Positions 40,431 to 51,651 of a stretch of DNA of 64,000 nt are shown here, piece by piece (the stretch's first letter is position 1; each line of letters begins with the position of its first letter). The DNA is from Candidatus Moanibacter sp. GTDB taxonomy: Bacteria > Verrucomicrobiota > Verrucomicrobiia > Opitutales > UBA2987. The stretch is from positions 65,416-129,415 of the forward strand of contig CBDCEW010000094.1 in assembly GCA_965215885.1 (NCBI GenBank). Direction: 5' to 3'. The notes under the pieces are model-generated. The model saw only the letters and a list, made by a program, of their open reading frames with translations, had not been told where the DNA came from and made no database searches. The position numbers and the translations under genes were made by a program.

Positions 40431-42014
40431 GTGAACCCTGCCGACCGCGTTATTTTCGTCGAAGACGGCGAAGCGAAACTTATCCGCCCGGTGGGGCGCA
40501 AGTGGGTGTTTGGGGACGACTGCATCGAATTCCGCGACGGCACCCGGTCGCTGATTTACGCCGGTCGGGGCATCGGGGAGGGAGACTTCCACCTTACCGC
40601 CCGCCTGGCCGTCACGCAAGAGTCAATCGAGCCGACTTTCGTCGCCGGGGTCAAAGGTGATGTGCCCGGTTTCGATCTGCGGCGGATCAGCTACATGCGC
40701 GGACCGGTGAGCGAACACCAGCACCTGGCGATTCCCCGCGACAACATAACCCCGGGAGAGCCGTTCAGCTTTGAGGCCCTGCGCAGAGGCGGGCGGATCG
40801 TTTTCAAGGTCGACGGCGAAGTTTTTCACGAAATCGAGTACGCCCGTCCGTTGGGTCCGGTGGGGTTCACCGTCTTTCCAGGCGGAGGCACTCTCCGGAC
40901 CTACGAGTTCTCCGCGGTCGGGCGGACCGCCTCACCCGGAGACTGGGAGCGGATCGAAGGGTGGCGCCCGACCGTGCCCGAGGTGGACATCTCGGACGAA
41001 AAAGAGCGCCAGGTGGTGATCATGCGGGGGACGGAAGAGATCGATTACGAGCACCCCTCCACCCTGCTCATGCCCGACAACAAGATCATGTTCTGCGTGT
41101 CGACGATCGGGCATGGAGGGCAAAGCGGACCGCTCAAGCGCAGCGACGACGCCGGGCGGACATGGTCCGGCATGCTGGAGGTTCCGGAGAGCTGGGGAGA
41201 GACTCGCAACTGCCCGACTATTCACCGCGTCGTTGGCCCGCGCGGCAAGGCCAGACTCATCGTGTTCGCCCTCGACCGCGACGGGGGGATTGTGCAGTCG
41301 CTTTCCGAGGACGAGGGCAAGCGCTGGTCGGACATGGAGCCGACAGGCCTTCGAGCCACCGTGCCGCCTATCCGCGTCGAGCCGATTCACGGTGGCCGGA
41401 GGCACCTCATTCTCTACCACCGCGAACCCAACACCTACCAGTCCATATCGGCCGACGGCGGGCTCACCTGGGGCGCGGAGCAAACCGTCGCCGCCCGCTA
41501 CGACTGCATGCCGTGCGAACCGGACGTGATCCGTTCGCCCGACGGCAAGCAGCTCACCGCCATCATGCGCGAGCAGTGGCGGGCCTACAACTCGATGCTC
41601 ATAACCAGCGACGATGAGGCCAAAACCTGGCACCACTTCCGCGAGGGCAACATCGCAGTCACCGGCGATCGCCACCTCGCACGTTATGCCCCAGACGGAC
41701 GGCTGGTGATCGTCTTGCGCGACAATTCACTGGACACCCCGCCGCTGCCCAATGGACAGCGGGTGGACAAGTGCCGGTTCGTTGCCTGGGTAGGCACCTA
41801 CGACGACCTCATCCACGCGCGGGCGGGACAGTATCGCATCTTCCTGCTGCGCTCCGAACGGGGCTGCGGGTATCCCGGATTGGAGGTACTGCCGGACGGG
41901 ACCTTCGTGGCCACCACCTACATCGGCCTTGAGCCGGGCGAGCAACACTCTATCGTTTCCACCCGGTTTAATCTCGATGAGATCGACCGAAGGGTGGAGA
42001 AGCTAAAGCGTTGA
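40431..42014 (+). CDS. BNR/Asp-box sialidase-like protein with N-terminal lectin-like domain (family B)
   Basis: YEHPSTLL, SDDAGRTW, SEDEGKRW, SADGGLTW, CEPD, GDRH and CGYPGLEVLPDGT motifs. Confidence 0.85.
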   Translation: MNPADRVIFVEDGEAKLIRPVGRKWVFGDDCIEFRDGTRSLIYAGRGIGEGDFHLTARLAVTQESIEPTFVAGVKGDVPGFDLRRISYMRGPVSEHQHLAIPRDNITPGEPFSFEALRRGGRIVFKVDGEVFHEIEYARPLGPVGFTVFPGGGTLRTYEFSAVGRTASPGDWERIEGWRPTVPEVDISDEKERQVVIMRGTEEIDYEHPSTLLMPDNKIMFCVSTIGHGGQSGPLKRSDDAGRTWSGMLEVPESWGETRNCPTIHRVVGPRGKARLIVFALDRDGGIVQSLSEDEGKRWSDMEPTGLRATVPPIRVEPIHGGRRHLILYHREPNTYQSISADGGLTWGAEQTVAARYDCMPCEPDVIRSPDGKQLTAIMREQWRAYNSMLITSDDEAKTWHHFREGNIAVTGDRHLARYAPDGRLVIVLRDNSLDTPPLPNGQRVDKCRFVAWVGTYDDLIHARAGQYRIFLLRSERGCGYPGLEVLPDGTFVATTYIGLEPGEQHSIVSTRFNLDEIDRRVEKLKR

Positions 42015-42088
42015 GGTCGATGGAGCTGGCAACCGTCAGGATGCCGTTAAACAACAAACATTCCGCCCTTGCGAAGGCGATTGAGACA

Positions 42089-43762
42089 ATGGGGAGAAGC
42101 ATCTCGGATGAGGCCGCTCGACATGTGGTCATAGACCGAGACGACGACATTTACCAGGCCTATGTCGACGTGGCATTGACGCGTTCCGGCAAGCTGGTGT
42201 GTGTCTGGCGGGAGACGGCCGCACACGCCGAGGGAGAGTGGGCGCGCCTAGTCATGAAGCACAGTCTCGACCTGGGCAGAACGTGGTCCGACCGCATATT
42301 GCTGGCCGACAGCTCGAAGATCCTGTGGCTGCTGTCGAACATCCTCTGCCTGAGAGACGGCCGGCTGGTGATAAACGCGTGTTCGGTAGGCGGTGAGAGT
42401 TATCTTTTCTGGAGTGAGGATGACGGCGAGACTTGGAGCGAGCCCCGGGAAATCGACGTCGAGGGAATCGCCCCCCGCCGACCGGTCGAACTTCCTAACG
42501 GCACGCTGCTTCAATCCCTGTCACAGGAGTTCCCTCGCAAGAATCATTGGCGAAACAACAACCGAACGGTGGTCTACCAATCGACCGACGGCGACGCCTG
42601 GAGTTTTCTCTCGGTTGCAGCGGAAAGCGATATCCTTGCACCGTGTGAAGCACCCATCGTGCAACTGCACGACGGGACCCTGGTCTGTTATTATCACGAA
42701 AACTCCTGCCTGCATCACCCGACCTTAAAGAACTATTCCTACGACAACGGCAGGACGTGGACAGAACCCGAGGTGACCGGACTCTATGCCTTTCAGCCCA
42801 ATGCATCGGTCCTGACGGATAGCAGGGTGCTTTTCACCTACTGCAACGTAGGCGGGAATTGCGGCGCCTGCGCCTGGTGCGGAGACGGTTATGATTCAAC
42901 CGCCGCTCAGGCCTCCGCCCGGTGGAAGGATGACGGCTGTGTAACCCTTCTGGACGACAGTCTCCGGATAAAGACCACGGGCGATCCGGAGTCCCGCCCG
43001 CCGTTCTTCCTGCTGCTTCCCGCCGAGAACGACAAGTCAACGATTATTTTCGAGGCGCGGCTCAAGTGTATGGAAAACGCAACCGGGGACGCGTGCATCA
43101 TCAATATCAGCGAGGCGGGTGAGCTTCGCTTCTATCACGACCGCGTCGAACTCGTGCACGAGCCGGTTCCCGAAAAACCCGGCCGCGACTTCAGCTGGGG
43201 AAGGGATATCAAGGTTGCCGAATCTTTCAAAGTCGACGCGACGGAATTCCACACTTATCGAATCGTGCGCTCGCCGGAGCGGATATTGACCGTGAGCGTC
43301 GACAACGTGCCGAGGCTGCGGACCGCGAACCTCATGAAGACAAGACCGGTTCCCTACGGAGCGCCTATGCACGACCTCAACTGTTTCGGAACCTCACCGC
43401 ACATTCCCGGCCAGTTTCACCTCCGCAGTCCCGTCGTGCCGCAGAAGACGAGAGGCGAAAGTTACTGGCAATTCGTTAAACTCAGAGTGACCAATCCAAC
43501 GCTACCGGAATATCAGTACAGCTGGCAGGCATCATCGGGCCGGTATCCCAATCAATATGAACGTGATCATATTCTGGAGATCGCTTACGATCCGAGGGGA
43601 GACCCCGGCGAACCCCATACCATCGAGCTTCCCGACGGCAGGATATACTGTGTCTACCATACGGCCGCCACATTGGAAAAAGGCAGAAATCCCTCCCATA
43701 ATCCCTACAGCATGGGCTGCTATATCCATTTGTGCGATCTGTCATCGCGATCGCACGCATAG
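42089..43762 (+). CDS. BNR/Asp-box sialidase-like protein (family A)
   Basis: Close paralogue of 10514..12184; start MGRSISDE. Confidence 0.85.
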   Translation: MGRSISDEAARHVVIDRDDDIYQAYVDVALTRSGKLVCVWRETAAHAEGEWARLVMKHSLDLGRTWSDRILLADSSKILWLLSNILCLRDGRLVINACSVGGESYLFWSEDDGETWSEPREIDVEGIAPRRPVELPNGTLLQSLSQEFPRKNHWRNNNRTVVYQSTDGDAWSFLSVAAESDILAPCEAPIVQLHDGTLVCYYHENSCLHHPTLKNYSYDNGRTWTEPEVTGLYAFQPNASVLTDSRVLFTYCNVGGNCGACAWCGDGYDSTAAQASARWKDDGCVTLLDDSLRIKTTGDPESRPPFFLLLPAENDKSTIIFEARLKCMENATGDACIINISEAGELRFYHDRVELVHEPVPEKPGRDFSWGRDIKVAESFKVDATEFHTYRIVRSPERILTVSVDNVPRLRTANLMKTRPVPYGAPMHDLNCFGTSPHIPGQFHLRSPVVPQKTRGESYWQFVKLRVTNPTLPEYQYSWQASSGRYPNQYERDHILEIAYDPRGDPGEPHTIELPDGRIYCVYHTAATLEKGRNPSHNPYSMGCYIHLCDLSSRSHA

Positions 43763-43770
43763 CACGCGAA

Positions 43771-43880
43771 ATGACACCCGAAGAAAGATATTGTTTTGAC
43801 GTGCGGGGCTACCTGATCGTTCAAGACGCGATCGAGCCGGACTACCTGGACCACCTCAACAGGCGGCTGGATGTCCAGGA
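43771..43880 (+). pseudogene. 5' relic of a PhyH gene paralogous to 9722..10517
   Basis: MTPEERYCFDVRGYLIVQDAIEPDYLDHLNRRLDV, then unrelated sequence. Confidence 0.8.
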
Positions 43881-44006
43881 GCGTTTCCCGCCGGGTCTTC
43901 GCGCGCGGCAGGTAGGTCGCTTTTCCCACGCGATAGTTCCGCGGCTCGTAAAGCGTCCGCACGCATCCCTGCCTGGCAGCTTCCATCATGTCCATGGGCG
44001 GCCCCT

Positions 44007-44125
44007 CTACTTCCCGCCGATCGGCACGTCGAAGTTGTGCCCGCCGTTGACAAGATGGGGCGTGTCGTGGATCAGCTGCGTGGCATAGCCCGCCTCCTTG
44101 AGCGATTGCGTTAGTTCGTCTACCA
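44007..44125 (-). pseudogene. Sulfatase internal fragment
   Basis: LKEAGYATQLIHDTPHLVNGGHNFD. Confidence 0.5.
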
Positions 44126-44235
44126 ATTCGTAATTTGGTCACCCCACGATCTTCCGTCAAGGCAACACGCCCTTTCTGCTACTAAGCTTGGATAGTGATT
44201 GCGCTATGGAATTGCCCGTCTGATTGTAGCTGTGC

Positions 44236-44370
44236 ATGAGAGTCCGCAGCTACGCGTTTGCCGATACTCTCGATGAGCAGGAGGCGCAATTAAAGACAAA
44301 TCCCCTGATCCGGCGGTTCGCAGATTCGCGGCTCGAGATGTCCGCCGATCCCTACCGGCCGCGGCTACAC
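44236..44370 (+). pseudogene. N-terminal relic of a GH32-like glycosidase
   Basis: EQEAQLKTNPLIRRFADSRLEMSADPYRPRLH (DPYRPxxH lead-in). Confidence 0.5.
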
Positions 44371-44535
44371 CCGGCTGTCCTTCGGGCATTCCGCTCAGCG
44401 GGATCGCGTTGTAGCGTGACGCTATCGCGTAACTGTTTCGATGCGGAAGTGCTCCTACTAAACTTCAGTGAAAATAGACGCATTCAAGGCCCGGTTATCA
44501 ATGCTTACTGAATCTCAGCGAAGTATAGGGGCGCA

Positions 44536-44725
44536 TTGTCACGACAAGGTGTTTTGAGACTTCTCATCCTTATTCTTGGGTTTGCGTCGTTCGTGTGCGC
44601 GGCGGGGTCCGACGCTGGGGGAACTCTCCTCGATTGGCGGCAGTTGCCGCCGCTTCCTGACCCCGTCGGCTTCGCGGGTCCATTCGTCGGGGTCAGTGGA
44701 GGCGCTCTGGTGGTAGCCGGCGGTG
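44536..44725 (+). pseudogene. Kelch/NanM-like (sialic acid mutarotase or Kelch-SSS fusion) N-terminus truncated by IS1380
   Basis: Signal peptide plus LDWRQLPPLPDPVGFAGPFVGVSGGALVVAGG. Confidence 0.65.
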
Positions 44726-45316
44726 GGCATCTTGCCCGCCCGCAACACGCTGGTGATGTACTTGCCAGAAAGCCCTTTATAGACATGAAAAGGCATGAAG
44801 CAGTACTCATCTTCGAAGACGTAGCCCAGACGAAGCAGATCCCGTACCGTGACAGCGTTTTCCAGTCGCGTCATGGTCGGTTGCGATCCCAAATCCCGGT
44901 CCTCTTGCGGATCGCGACCGACGGCAGTCTTCAGCGCCGGGTCCGTTCGAAGATGATCGCAGTCGTCGGCATCTTCGTAGCCGCAGCTAATCTGATAGGC
45001 GCGTTGGCGAAGCAATTCACCCATCTGGTGAGAAATGTGGCTCTGCTGTCGCCGATCTTCAATGGCACTGGCCAGCACATCACTCAGCCCAATCTGCCGG
45101 TCAACTTCCCGCAAATACAGTACGCCTCCGTCGGAGCTGACGCGCGGCTCATCAAATCGGGCTGTGATTTTCTTGCCTTTTAAGGATGCAAATTGGAGCT
45201 GAGTGGTGCTATGATCGGTCATGAGTGAGCCCTTCTTGTTTTGTATGCAACTATTTCTATCATAATGAGTTGTAAAAGCTCACTCTTTTTTCGTTCAGCT
45301 TGATGAATAATTCAGG
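44724..45316 (-). mobile_element. IS1380-family relic (truncated, internally deleted transposase from ATG 45222)
   Basis: FDEPRVSSDGG, QISCGYEDADDCDHLRTDP and SQPTMTRLEN motifs; left end CCTGAATTATTCATCA at 45301-45316. Confidence 0.88.
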
Positions 45317-45378
45317 CTAGAGCAAAGAGATGAAAAAAATGCTGTATAGCGGCGCTCTGTTCTGATTACCTCGCCCCT

Positions 45379-46119
45379 ATGTCATCGCAAGGAATAAACC
45401 TCGGTTACGACGATACACCTTTTCTTCCAGGTCAGGCTTGGCGGGTGCACGACTTATCGCGCCCACAGCCTCGCGCAGTGACGCCAGGAGGTGCGGGCAC
45501 CCATGGCCCGCCATCGGATGCGGTGGTGCTTTTTGATGGGACGGATCTCTCGCAATGGGAGTCTTGCAACGGAGGCGATGCCCCGTGGAAGGTGGTCGGT
45601 GGCTTTATGGAGGTGGTGCCGGGCACGGGTGGGATACGGACTCGGGAGCATTTCGGAAGCTGCCAATTACACCTAGAGTGGGCATCTCCGAGGGTGGTGC
45701 GAGGCGACAGTCAGGGGAGGGGCAACAGCGGGATTTTCCTCCTCGGGCTCTATGAGGTCCAGGTGCTCGATAGTTTTCGGAACCCCACCTACGCGGACGG
45801 AACCGCGGGGGCGATTTACGGCCAGCATCCTCCTCGCGTCAACGCCTGTCGGCGACCGGGCGAATGGCAAGACTGGGACATTGTCTTCGAGTCTCCCAGT
45901 TTCAGTGGCGATCGACTCGTGGAACCCGCCTATGCCACGGTGCTCTTGAATAACATAGTGCTACACAATCGGGTAGAATTGATTGGTTCTACGCAAAATA
46001 AACAGTTGGCGGTTTACGAACCGCATCCCGCCACCGGGCCATTGGAACTGCAGAATCACAAGAATCCGATTCTTTTCCGGAACATTTGGATTCGCCCCTT
46101 GATGGGTTACGACGAGTGA
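45379..46119 (+). CDS. DUF1080 (3-keto-disaccharide hydrolase family) protein
   Basis: PPSDAVVLFDG, GRGNSGIFL, YEVQVLDS, GEWQ and LQNH...FRNIWIR motifs. Confidence 0.92.
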   Translation: MSSQGINLGYDDTPFLPGQAWRVHDLSRPQPRAVTPGGAGTHGPPSDAVVLFDGTDLSQWESCNGGDAPWKVVGGFMEVVPGTGGIRTREHFGSCQLHLEWASPRVVRGDSQGRGNSGIFLLGLYEVQVLDSFRNPTYADGTAGAIYGQHPPRVNACRRPGEWQDWDIVFESPSFSGDRLVEPAYATVLLNNIVLHNRVELIGSTQNKQLAVYEPHPATGPLELQNHKNPILFRNIWIRPLMGYDE

Positions 46120-46226
46120 CGTCCTCCCGGTTCTCAAGATGAACTTCACTGCCCCAGACCTTGGAGCGGATCGAAACGGTGGAGATCCCCGCTTCTGCGC
46201 CAATGCGAAGGGAATTCTCAAAACCA

Positions 46227-46604
46227 TCAGCCATCTCCTTGGCCCTGCCTCTTCTTTCCCTTGATTGCGACGACGAGCAGGGATAACAGCAGGATGTAGA
46301 TTCCCGAGGCAATAAATGGGAGCGAACCGAAATAGGTGTAACCGTGGTGCCCCATCACGAAACCGAAGCCGGCGAGAAGCATTAGACCGGGTACCAAGGT
46401 GATCAGGCTTAAGATTACAGGGTTAAGAAATCGTTCGCTCCGGTGAATTGCCTGCAGACTATTGATCACTGTGATGAAAAGTTTGATGAGGTTTAATACA
46501 ACGATGATCACCACGACCAGTGCGTCGGGTGGCAGGATCCGGGTAAAAACGGGCACCAGGATCAGGATGATGACAATGGTAGCAACAAGAGCTAATTCCG
46601 ACAT
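46227..46604 (-). CDS. Small 4-TM membrane protein
   Basis: Four hydrophobic segments, basic C-terminus. Confidence 0.55.
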   Translation of the reverse strand: MSELALVATIVIILILVPVFTRILPPDALVVVIIVVLNLIKLFITVINSLQAIHRSERFLNPVILSLITLVPGLMLLAGFGFVMGHHGYTYFGSLPFIASGIYILLLSLLVVAIKGKKRQGQGDG

Positions 46605-46868
46605 GGTCGATCGATGATGCCCGGTAAGACGCATTAGCGTGGACGTAACGAGTACAAGCTGGTGATTACATCGCGTCGAGACCGTTTCTCGCTGTTGCCG
46701 ACCCGAAAAGCAGAGCCCCGTCTTCCTGAGGAGGCCGAGCTACATTGCGCAGGTGATGGGGCGTAGCTCTCCCTTTAAAGGGAGGGCCCGCGGCGCGGGT
46801 GGATTCAGCGGTAGCTCTCCCTGTTAAGGGATGGACCCCGGCTTGGGCAGATCCGACGGTTCAGACTT

Positions 46869-47110
46869 CCGTCAATCCACTGTAGAAGCTAAGACGCTGT
46901 AAGCCGTTGGATATTAGGTTTCTGCGCTATATATCAACTACTTATGCAATTATACGCTTTGCTTATTCAAAGACACCTTGCGGTATCAGGCGGCAAAATA
47001 CTTGCGAGGAACAGCCTTTTTGGCGAGGACAATTTTGGACAGGCAGGCGGGGGGGGGGCACGACCGCAAGAAAATTCTTAGGAGGATATGGCTTCAACCC
47101 CCCACTAGAA
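46869..47110. mobile_element. ~240-bp non-coding dispersed element (copy A)
   Basis: Near-identical to 51969-52212; its 3' part also occurs at 49964-50051. Confidence 0.8.
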
Positions 47111-47528
47111 CTTCCCGCAAAAGGGCACTGGTATTCAATCCGATGTGCCTGCGAGAGGGAGACGTGGAGGCGATCGAAGAGAGATTGCGGGACATTCTTG
47201 ACTGAGATAACCGGGTCAGGGCGTGTTGCCGATTAATCATGCAATCCATCGAGAATAACGACGCGCAGAATCTTCGATGGGGGGCTGAATCGAACATTCA
47301 GGATTTTACACTTTTGGGGTTGGCGGCGGGAACGATATCGGTAAACTATATCGAATTGAACTTGATCATTCAGAGTCCCCGCAGGCCGGGACTACAGGGT
47401 ACCGAAAAATCACCTCGTAGGACGACATTCGGCCCCGAAGGGCAAACAAGCCGTAGATTCCCCGTAGTCCTCCGCAGGAGGACGGGGAGTAGGCTTGTTA
47501 AGAGGGTCGTTCAATCTTCCATCTATCA

Positions 47529-49202
47529 ATGAGAAGTATCTCGGATAAGGTCCGTCAGCATGTTGTTATAGACCGAGATGACGACGTCTACCAGGCCTAT
47601 GTGGACGTTGCCTTGACCAATTCCGGCAAGCTGGTATGTGTCTGGCGGGAGACCGCCGCACATGCCTCGGGATCGTGGGCGCGCCTGGTCATGAAGCAGA
47701 GTTTCGACATGGGCAAAACCTGGTCCGACCACATCATTCTTGCCGATAGTTCCAGGATCCACTGGCTTTTGTCGAACATCCTACTTCTTAAAGACGGCCG
47801 GTTGGTGATCAATGCGTGTTCGCAAGGTGGCGAAGGCTATTTGTTCTGGAGTGTGGATGATGGTGAGACCTGGAGCAAACCGCAAGAAATTGATGTAGAG
47901 GGAATCGGCCCACGCCGATTGATCGAACTTCATAACGGCACGCTGCTTCAGACTGTCGAACAAGAGTTTCCGCGAAAGAATCATTGGCGAAACAACTACA
48001 GAACTGTTCTTTACCAATCGACCGATAGCGGTACAACCTGGAGTTTCCTATCCGTTGTAGCGGAAAGCGATGTGCTTGCCCTGTGTGAGGCACCAATAGT
48101 GCAACTGCACGATGGAACCCTGGTCTGTTATTTTCGGGAGACTTCCTGTTTACATCACCCCACTTATAAAAACTATTCCTACGATAACGGTAAGACCTGG
48201 ACAGAACCTGAGGTGACCGGGCTCTATGCCTTTCAGCCCAATGCGTCGGTCCTGAACGATGGCAGAGTGCTCTTTACCTATTGCAATGTAGGCGGGAATT
48301 GTAGCGCTTACGCCTGGTGCGGTGACGGCTATGATTCCACCGGGGTTCAGGCCTCTGCCCGCTGGAGAAATGACGGCTGTGTAACCCTTACTCCGGATGG
48401 CCTGCGGATAAAGACGACCGGAGATCCAAAGTCCCGCCCGCCTTTCTTCTTACTGCTTCCCGCCGAGACCGACAAGTCCACGATCATTTTTGAGGCAAGG
48501 CTCAAGTGTATGGAGAACGCGACCGGTGACGCCTGTATAATAAATATCATCGAAGCAGGTGAACTGCGGTTCTATCCCGACCGCGTCGACCTCGTGCACG
48601 AGCCGATTCCAAAGAAACCCGGCCGGGACTTCAGCTGGGGAAGGGATATCAAGGTTGTCGAATCCTTCAAAGTCGACGCTACGGAATTACACACCTATCG
48701 CATCGTTCGCACGCCGGACAGGACATTGACGGTGAGTGTCGATAATGTGCCAAGACTGAAGACAAAAAAACTTATGGAGACAAGGCCTGTTCGATACGGA
48801 GCTTCCGATCATGACCTCAACTGCTTTGGGACCTCACCGCACATTCCCGGCCAGATACACCTGCGGAGCCCTGTAGTGCCGCAGAAGACAAAGGGCGAGA
48901 GTTACTGGCAATACGTTAGACTCCGTGTGACCAATCCAACGCTACCGGAGTATCATTACAACTGGCATGCATCATCGGGCCGTTACCCCAATCAATATGA
49001 ACGTGATCACATTCTGGAGATCGCTTACGATCCGATGGCAGACCCCGGCGAACCCCATACCATCGAGCTTCCCGACGGCAGAATATACTGTGTTTACCAT
49101 ACGGCCGCCGCAGCGGAAAAAGGCACAAATACCTACGCTAATCCCTACATCATGGGCTGCTATATCCATCAAAGCGATCTGCCAGCGCGATCGCACGCAT
49201 AG
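47529..49202 (+). CDS. BNR/Asp-box sialidase-like protein (family A)
   Basis: Very close paralogue of 10514..12184. Confidence 0.87.
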   Translation: MRSISDKVRQHVVIDRDDDVYQAYVDVALTNSGKLVCVWRETAAHASGSWARLVMKQSFDMGKTWSDHIILADSSRIHWLLSNILLLKDGRLVINACSQGGEGYLFWSVDDGETWSKPQEIDVEGIGPRRLIELHNGTLLQTVEQEFPRKNHWRNNYRTVLYQSTDSGTTWSFLSVVAESDVLALCEAPIVQLHDGTLVCYFRETSCLHHPTYKNYSYDNGKTWTEPEVTGLYAFQPNASVLNDGRVLFTYCNVGGNCSAYAWCGDGYDSTGVQASARWRNDGCVTLTPDGLRIKTTGDPKSRPPFFLLLPAETDKSTIIFEARLKCMENATGDACIINIIEAGELRFYPDRVDLVHEPIPKKPGRDFSWGRDIKVVESFKVDATELHTYRIVRTPDRTLTVSVDNVPRLKTKKLMETRPVRYGASDHDLNCFGTSPHIPGQIHLRSPVVPQKTKGESYWQYVRLRVTNPTLPEYHYNWHASSGRYPNQYERDHILEIAYDPMADPGEPHTIELPDGRIYCVYHTAAAAEKGTNTYANPYIMGCYIHQSDLPARSHA

Positions 49203-49329
49203 CACGCGCAGCATCCTGCACCCATTCTTTCCTTGCATTCTGTCTAGTAGGGAGATCCCCGCCTAAGGGTGCCCACGAAGGGACGGCTCCGCCGCCACTT
49301 ACTGATCTTTATAGCCGCCCTATAACGAG

Positions 49330-49671
49330 GTGGAACTCCTGTGGCATCAGGATGCCGGCTACGACTGGCCTGGCGCAGCCAACTACCGCAGCGCCACCTG
49401 TTGGCTGGCATTGTCGCAGGTGACCACGGCCATGGGTGCGCTGCAGTTCATACCTGGTAGCCATAAACAGGGCATCGCCGAGCACCACGAGTCACCCGGT
49501 TCATATCTGGAGGTGATGGTGGATACCAGCCAGGCTGTGGCGGTCGAATATGAACCGGGTGACGCTACCTTCCACCACGGCCGCACCCTGCACTACACCA
49601 GCGGCAATCAGACTGCATTGCCACGCCGGGGCCTGTCGACCCACCTCTGGCCGCCGGTGGAAGAATCCTGA
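49330..49671 (+). pseudogene. PhyH-family dioxygenase, 5'-truncated
   Basis: WHQD...CWLAL...GALQFIPGSH...PGDATFHHGRTLH...N...RR; N-terminal half missing. Confidence 0.8.
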
Positions 49672-50414
49672 GACCCTAAAACCTAAATGTGGAGAGGAGC
49701 ATTCCAACAAGCCGCCTGGAGGCGACGCCATAGCGCAGGCCCAATGTGTCGGGAATACGGTTGCCTATATCCTCAGTCTTGAAAGGCTATCGTGGGCATA
49801 TTATAGGCTCGTGTTGCCAGTTTTCGGTGGTTTTCGGGGGTTATTTTGGCAATATTATGGCAAAGGGTGATTTCGGGTTACTGCAAAACAACCCCTTCAA
49901 GTCTCGCTCTGCAAGTCTTGGGCGAGCCCCAGCACACCCCGACGCGCAATCCTGCGGTATCTCCAGGCAAGGCGGGGGGGGGCACGACCGCAAGAAAGTC
50001 CATAGGAGTATATGGATTCACTCCCCCACTAGAAAGTGCTGTAAAGGAGCCATTTTCGCTCAGTTCAAGCTACAGGCTGGTGACACGCGAGACACGTGAA
50101 TTCCGCAAAAGGGGGGGGGGTTGGCCCTGCCATCCGCGCCAAAAGAAAACGGATAGGTCAAGGACCTACCCGTCTGTTCCAGACTATTTCGACCTATCTT
50201 TTGTTGCTCAGATGTGTATTATGGGTGCTCACCGGTGCTGATGGATCCCAATGAGTCTGATAAAGTGTAAGATGGGAAGTCACGATGGTGGCACCCCGGT
50301 GGTCAAGTCCATCGTGGTGGAACACGGAGGAGGGTTTAAGAAAATTACGATTATGGTAAACGACGAAGTCGTGGCCTTTGTTAAGGCCGGGATGTAACTG
50401 CTTACCCGCGACCC

Positions 50415-51257
50415 ATGAGCCGACTAACCAGCGACGAAATCCGCTTTTTCAAACGCGAAGGATACCTGATAAAGCGCGGTGTCATGGATCCGGAGCTGAT
50501 GGCTCGTGCCCGCGAGCGAAAATGGAAAGGGGCTCCGCCTCGGATGAAGAGGGACGATCCCAGTACCTGGATGGGCCCCTTTCGGCCAGACGAGGAGGAC
50601 GCGGGTCTGAATAGGAATTACCGGAACGGTTTCACGTGGAAATATGGTGAACCAGGGGCTGAAGAATGGATCGTTCGCATGTTGGCTACGAACCCCGCCA
50701 TCGTAAGCTGGGTGGAGCAGCTCCTCGGTGAAGGGGAGGTCAAAATCCCCGAGCGAATCCGCGGCATCTACTGCCGGTTGCCGATGGGCGACCTACCGGA
50801 GAAGCCGACCGTATGCCACTGTGATGTTACGCCCGATAAATTGGATACATCACAGTGGCGAGAGACAGTCCTGCAACCCGGGGTGGGCGTGGTTGGGTTG
50901 ATTGCGCCCATTCCTCCGCACGGTGGAGCCTTTACGGTGTGGCCTGGTACCCATCGGATTATTTACGACCTCTTAGCGAGCACCGAAGGGCAGGAACGCA
51001 TTGATGCGTATAAGGCGCGCATCATCGAGTTTAATGACGATCCTCGAGTGGAAGGCCATGGCGAAGCCGGTGACATTCTGCTCTGGCACCGGCTCACGGC
51101 GCATACCGCCGGGTGGAACCGATCCGAGCAGATCCAGCTTCGGGAAGCGGTTCTAACCCACTATAAGAAAGAACCGAACGAGGAGTTGGCGGCAGGACGC
51201 CCCCATAAAGACATGTGGCGCGAATGGTCCGAGGAAATGCGCGGCGCGGCGATCTGA
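50415..51257 (+). CDS. PhyH-like dioxygenase, family P copy 5
   Basis: Close paralogue; HCD and TAHTAG motifs. Confidence 0.8.
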   Translation: MSRLTSDEIRFFKREGYLIKRGVMDPELMARARERKWKGAPPRMKRDDPSTWMGPFRPDEEDAGLNRNYRNGFTWKYGEPGAEEWIVRMLATNPAIVSWVEQLLGEGEVKIPERIRGIYCRLPMGDLPEKPTVCHCDVTPDKLDTSQWRETVLQPGVGVVGLIAPIPPHGGAFTVWPGTHRIIYDLLASTEGQERIDAYKARIIEFNDDPRVEGHGEAGDILLWHRLTAHTAGWNRSEQIQLREAVLTHYKKEPNEELAAGRPHKDMWREWSEEMRGAAI

Positions 51258-51651
51258 TCGAGCAACCCCACCGATTCCGCTGACCGATCGTGGAGGCCGC
51301 TGGGTATTACCGGCTCAGCCTTCAGATTCAGACACCGGGACCAGTGCTGCATATCTCAGGTCTTCTTTGCGGTTGCACAGAAAAGTCACGGTAGCGGAGC
51401 TCTTGTGGCAGAAGAGGGTAGCCTCACACGAAAAACCCTGTGACAATCTTCTTGTCGCTTGGCTTCGCTCGTTTTCTGGTTTCGGCTGGACGGCTGGCGC
51501 TCTCGCCGATGTCGGGATTGCGACTCCGATAGATGCCATGGTCGCCCATTGACACATTCAGGCTCCAATCCCTATCCTTTTCCAATGAAGCAAGCCTCGA
51601 TTAGCGCACCGCCTTTTTGGGGCTCATCTCTGAAATCAATTTTCCTAGCAA

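Noticed and set aside
44536..45183. 215-aa exported protein
   Set aside because: Chimera of a Kelch-like start and the antisense strand of the IS1380 relic
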